Positions 60,201 through 64,000 of a DNA stretch of 64,000 bases are shown here, in pieces (position 1 is the first letter of the stretch; each line of letters opens with the position of its first letter). Position numbers and translations under genes: made by a program. The notes beneath the pieces are model-generated. The model saw only the letters and a list, made by a program, of their open reading frames with translations. It did no database searches and was not told the origin of the DNA. This DNA comes from Salinivirgaceae bacterium (GTDB lineage: Bacteria > Bacteroidota > Bacteroidia > Bacteroidales > SZUA-534), in assembly GCA_024405635.1 (NCBI GenBank), contig JAKSOL010000005.1, positions 1-64,000 of the forward strand, read 5' to 3'.

Positions 60201-61253
60201 TTATAATTTGATTAATGTCGGTAATTTTTGAAATATATTGGTCCTACGTTTATCCCAAGTACGATTTATAAGAATGTCTATCAGTATGGAAAACAAAAAC
60301 ATTGAAATGACTGCAATTGCAGTGTATAAGGCTGTTGTGTATATGTTGCTTGTTAAATGGTCGGCAGTAATACAATACTTTTTCCATAAGTATATCGCGA
60401 ACCCAGATGTATGAATACAAAATACAGCAAAAACAGATTTAGCCATATAATTAATAATACTGCTTTTGAAAGAAATTTTGTTGAATAAAAGGAATAGGCA
60501 AACGGCCGATGCAACGGTGAAAAATGAACAATAATTTAATAATGACGGTACTCTTTCGCAGAATAAGGCAATGGTTAAGATTGATACCAAATATGCGGGT
60601 ATAAGTTTTGAGACTTTTATTTGTACATTTTCTTTTTTTAATACCATTCCAATTGTAAGGCAATATATGAATTGAACCACATTGTATCCACCGAAATCAC
60701 CATGTATTGTAATTGCGTTTATTGATGACAAATCGGCACCGAATAAATCATGCATAATGTCAGTAATTGTTGGGTATACAATAAAAATGCTTGTGATAAT
60801 AAAAGAAAAAACAAGACATTGCTTGTGGCTCAACTTTTCTATTGCCAGATTTATATATGGAGACAATATGTATGATATAATGTAATATATGGCGAAATAA
60901 TTGTATGGAATAAATATTAATATAATACTTTGAATGGAAAAAGGCTGATTTTGTATGAAATGTGTTACCAAAAAATCCAATAGCCTGTATATGTATACAA
61001 TGAATAATAATTCTGCGACTTTGCTAAGTTTTACCTTTTTGGTTCCATATAAAAAGAATCCGGATATTATCATAAAACAATTAACAGCACATATACTTAT
61101 GCTTTCAAGAAAAAGTAGCAATGTGTAGCTTGAGTCTTGGGCATACCCCAAAGCATTACCCATTATTCTATTGTTGTAGTGCAATAGAATTACCATTAAT
61201 ATCAATATTATTCTTAACAATTCGGCGCCAGATTCTCTGTTGTTCACATTCAT
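60201..61253 (-). CDS. Acyltransferase family 3 (membrane O-acyltransferase)
   Basis: RESGAELLR...VILLH, AVNCFMIISGFF, SVFAVFCIH; ~10 TM. Confidence 0.85.
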   Translation of the reverse strand: MNVNNRESGAELLRIILILMVILLHYNNRIMGNALGYAQDSSYTLLLFLESISICAVNCFMIISGFFLYGTKKVKLSKVAELLFIVYIYRLLDFLVTHFIQNQPFSIQSIILIFIPYNYFAIYYIISYILSPYINLAIEKLSHKQCLVFSFIITSIFIVYPTITDIMHDLFGADLSSINAITIHGDFGGYNVVQFIYCLTIGMVLKKENVQIKVSKLIPAYLVSILTIALFCERVPSLLNYCSFFTVASAVCLFLLFNKISFKSSIINYMAKSVFAVFCIHTSGFAIYLWKKYCITADHLTSNIYTTALYTAIAVISMFLFSILIDILINRTWDKRRTNIFQKLPTLIKL

Positions 61254-61254
61254 T

Positions 61255-61707
61255 TCAAATCTTTCTTAAAAATTTTGCTGGATTTCCAATCCAAACTTCA
61301 CCATCTGGAACATTTTTTGTCACAACACTTCCTGCGCCAATCATTGCATTTTCGCCTATAGTAATTCCTGCAAGTATAGTTGAGTTGGCGCCTATGCTTG
61401 CTCCTTTTTTTATTGTTGTTTTTGATAAATACCAATTGGGATTTTTTGATCTGGGGAATAAGTCATTAGTAAAAGTTACATTAGGACCAACGAAAACATT
61501 ATCTTCAATAGTTACTCCATCCCAAATTTGCACGCCAGACTTTATAGTGACATTATTGCCAATGATTACATCATTTTCTATGAGAACATTGGCGCAAATG
61601 TTGCAATTGTCACCTATAATGGCATTAGGGAAAATTACACAAAACTGCCATACGTTTGAGTCCTTCCCAATATTTTTTGATTTACAATCTGATAGTTCGT
61701 GAATCAT
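61255..61707 (-). CDS. Hexapeptide-repeat N-acyltransferase (WxcM/QdtC-like)
   Basis: [39 protein letters not shown]. Confidence 0.88.
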   Translation of the reverse strand: MIHELSDCKSKNIGKDSNVWQFCVIFPNAIIGDNCNICANVLIENDVIIGNNVTIKSGVQIWDGVTIEDNVFVGPNVTFTNDLFPRSKNPNWYLSKTTIKKGASIGANSTILAGITIGENAMIGAGSVVTKNVPDGEVWIGNPAKFLRKI

Positions 61708-61710
61708 GAT

Positions 61711-62109
61711 TTACTTCTTCAAACTAGCCAAAAAATCATCATAGTTGCGTATGTATTCTTTTTCATCGTAGTATTTACTCGCAAGAACTACTAATTTACA
61801 TCCATAGCTAAAATCATGCATTTCTCGCCACATTCCTGGGCCTATATACAATCCTACATCAGGTCTATTCAGAAGGATAGTTTCTCTATTGACTCCATCA
61901 TCTAAAACAAACCGACAAGCACCATCCATGGCAATAATGACTTGTTCCAAATCTTTGTGCGCATGATACCCTCGACTCTCGTTAGGCAAGGTGTCAAACA
62001 TGTAATACACACGTTTTATCTCAAACGGAATGTCCTTTAAATTCTCTATGGCGACTAGCTTTCCGCGTTTGTCTCCATGTACTGGCATGTCTATTAATTT
62101 GTAATTCAT
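61711..62109 (-). CDS. dTDP-sugar 3,4-ketoisomerase (FdtA/QdtA cupin)
   Basis: DKRGKL, PFEIKRVYY, RGYHAHK, WREM, YIRNY. Confidence 0.92.
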   Translation of the reverse strand: MNYKLIDMPVHGDKRGKLVAIENLKDIPFEIKRVYYMFDTLPNESRGYHAHKDLEQVIIAMDGACRFVLDDGVNRETILLNRPDVGLYIGPGMWREMHDFSYGCKLVVLASKYYDEKEYIRNYDDFLASLKK

Positions 62110-62137
62110 GGCAGAAACTTCAGAATTTCTTTTCTCG

Positions 62138-62226
62138 CAAAAGTATAAATAGTTCGTAAATGTTCACATTATACTATATGTGATAAGTTTATTATGTTTT
62201 TTTTGGAATGTCTTAGTTTATATTTG
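62138..62226. promoter_or_regulatory. Divergent promoter pair of the polysaccharide locus
   Basis: Minus-strand TACTTTTG (62138-62145), plus-strand TATATTTG (62219-62226), and TCACAT-N8-ATGTGA (62164-62183) between them. Confidence 0.6.
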
Positions 62227-62243
62227 TGAGGTAATATTTTTTT

Positions 62244-62993
62244 ATGAAGATATCTTTAATTACAGCAACATTTAATAGCGCCAAAACAGTTCGAGATACA
62301 TTCGAAAGTGTCTTACATCAAACATATTCTGACTATGAATATTTAGTGATAGACGGAGCGTCTAATGATTCTACCATTGAAATAATTAAGGAATATGAGC
62401 CAAAGTTCAAAGGCAAAATGAAGTGGATTAGTGAGCCAGACAAAGGCATCTATGACGCAATGAACAAAGGATTCAAAATGGCAACAGGAGATGTGTTGGC
62501 TCTTATTAATTCTGATGATTTGTTTTCAAGGGCCGATTCATTGCAAGTGGTTGTCAATACGTTCGAGAATCATAAGGAAACAGATTGCGTGTATGCAGAC
62601 TTATATTATGTATCGCAGTCGGATACAAATAAGATTGTCAGAGTGTGGAGAACGGGGACGCAAAAGCCTTTTAGAAAAGGATGGTTGCCTGCTCACCCTA
62701 CATTCTACGTGAAGAGATCGGTGTATGAAAACTATGGTTATTTCAATTTGAACTATCCGCTAGCTGCAGATTTTGAATTGATGCTTCGTTTCGTTGAACG
62801 ATATGATATAAAGCTTATATATTTGCCAAAGCATATCGTGAAGATGCGCCTTGGTGGTGCAACGAGCAAAAATCTCAAAAACATATACCAACAAAATAAA
62901 GAATGCTATAGGGCATTTAAGGAGAATGGGTTAAAAGTAAGTCCTTTTTACATTGTATATAGAATGCTTCCTAAAATAAAACAATTTTTTTAG
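62244..62993 (+). CDS. Glycosyltransferase family 2 (WcaE-like)
   Basis: IDGASND, SEPDKGIYDAMNKG, INSDD, PAHPTF, AADFE. Confidence 0.92.
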   Translation: MKISLITATFNSAKTVRDTFESVLHQTYSDYEYLVIDGASNDSTIEIIKEYEPKFKGKMKWISEPDKGIYDAMNKGFKMATGDVLALINSDDLFSRADSLQVVVNTFENHKETDCVYADLYYVSQSDTNKIVRVWRTGTQKPFRKGWLPAHPTFYVKRSVYENYGYFNLNYPLAADFELMLRFVERYDIKLIYLPKHIVKMRLGGATSKNLKNIYQQNKECYRAFKENGLKVSPFYIVYRMLPKIKQFF

Positions 62994-62995
62994 GT

Positions 62996-63889
62996 ATGAA
63001 AAAACTATTATTTACAGGCGGAACAGGATTTCTTGGTGCGAATGTTCGCCCGATATTGGACAAATTGTATGAAGTCACGACATGCGGTATAACAAACAAT
63101 GATGACATAAAGGCCAATTTGGCAAAAGAAATACCTGTTTTTGAAAAACAATACGATATTGTACTTCATGCCTGTGGAAAGGCTCATATAGTACCTAAAA
63201 CTGAGGCAGAGAAACAAGCGTTTTTTGATGTTAATTACCAAGGCACGGTAAATTTGTGTAAGGCCTTGGAGGGAAACTTACCATCAGCAATTGTCTTTAT
63301 TAGCACCGTAGCAGTTTATGGATGTGAAAAAGGAGACCTTATTACGGAGGAACATCCATTAAATGGAGAATCGCCTTATGCTAAAAGCAAAATAATGGCA
63401 GAACAGTATCTTACTGAATGGTGTTCAAAAAACAACGTAAAACTTGGCATATTGCGGCCATCGTTATTAGCTGGCCATAATGCCCCTGGTAATCTTGGAG
63501 CAATGGTAAAAGGAATACAAAAAGGCTTTTATTTAAACATTGCTGGCGGCAAGGTAAAAAAGAGTATTTTAATGGCAGAAGATATTGCAAATCTCTTGCC
63601 TTTAATAATTGAAAAAGGAGGCGTGTATAATGTTTGCGACTCGTACCAACCAACATTTGGACAGTTGGCAGAATCGGTTGCCAAGCAATTGAACAAACAT
63701 AAGCCAATATCAATACCATATTGGATGGCATGGTGTATGGCAAAAGTTGGCGATTTACTAGGAAATAAAGCTCCTATAAATAGCTATAAACTGTCTAAAA
63801 TGACAGATTCTCTTACTTTTTCTAACGAAAAGGCAATAAAAACGTTAGGTTGGGAGCCTTTGGATGTTTTAAGTAATTATAGAATATGA
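62996..63889 (+). CDS. NAD-dependent epimerase/dehydratase (nucleotide-sugar reductase-like)
   Basis: TGGTGFLG, HACGKAH, ISTVAVYG, YAKSK. Confidence 0.92.
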   Translation: MKKLLFTGGTGFLGANVRPILDKLYEVTTCGITNNDDIKANLAKEIPVFEKQYDIVLHACGKAHIVPKTEAEKQAFFDVNYQGTVNLCKALEGNLPSAIVFISTVAVYGCEKGDLITEEHPLNGESPYAKSKIMAEQYLTEWCSKNNVKLGILRPSLLAGHNAPGNLGAMVKGIQKGFYLNIAGGKVKKSILMAEDIANLLPLIIEKGGVYNVCDSYQPTFGQLAESVAKQLNKHKPISIPYWMAWCMAKVGDLLGNKAPINSYKLSKMTDSLTFSNEKAIKTLGWEPLDVLSNYRI

Positions 63890-64000
63890 CATACATTCTT
63901 CTTATAGTAACATTGCTTGCCCTCGAACTTATCTATTTCCGCATAGCCGATAAGTTCAACATAATAGACAAGCCAAACATGCGCAGTTCTCATACTCGAA
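63886..64000 (+). CDS. 5' part of a MraY/WecA-like polyprenyl-phosphate HexNAc-1-P transferase (runs off window)
   Basis: ATGA overlap with upstream stop; MTYILLIVTLLALELIYFRIADKFNIIDKPNMRSSH. Confidence 0.75.
   Translation, partial: MTYILLIVTLLALELIYFRIADKFNIIDKPNMRSSHTR

Noticed and set aside
62150-62160. GTTCGT resembling Bacteroides invertible-promoter repeat cores
   Set aside because: No matching inverted copy flanks the promoter and no recombinase is in the window.

Overview
AT-rich chromosomal window from a T9SS-bearing Bacteroidota bacterium, probably Bacteroidales. The assignment rests on TAnnTTTG -7 promoter boxes, T9SS C-terminal domains and Bacteroidota-type gene order. Positions ~1-46.5 kb are mostly housekeeping: thrS-infC-rpmI-rplT, dapB-lepB-GH3/serine hydrolase, cdaA, ribBA, AddB-like nuclease, a TonB-dependent receptor, DUF368-aroE, pyrBI-murA-nrnA-FKBPs and siaBC. 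Accessory modules are interspersed: a two-gene T9SS/repeat-protein module, a Y1 transposase-like gene lacking its catalytic Tyr, a three-gene xylan locus, and a beta-solenoid T9SS cargo protein. Positions ~46.6-64 kb are a Wzx/Wzy surface-polysaccharide locus with 3-amino-3,6-dideoxyhexose and CDP-polyol genes and a divergent arm. The most striking observation is the GPH/MFS transporter of the xylan locus. Its helix motifs appear in a non-canonical order (TM1-5, TM8-11, TM6-7, TM12) with all new junctions on the periplasmic side, and it lacks the Asp equivalent to the MelB cation-coupling D59. Other highlights are the small T9SS protein paired with a CTD-less protein carrying four KAAKSAFAVRGRSGAK repeats, an unannotated operator-promoter-sORF (ending HIRGPK)-hairpin unit, the ATA start and strong Shine-Dalgarno of infC, and a structured rpmI-rplT spacer. 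All calls come from reading motifs by eye; no searches were run.
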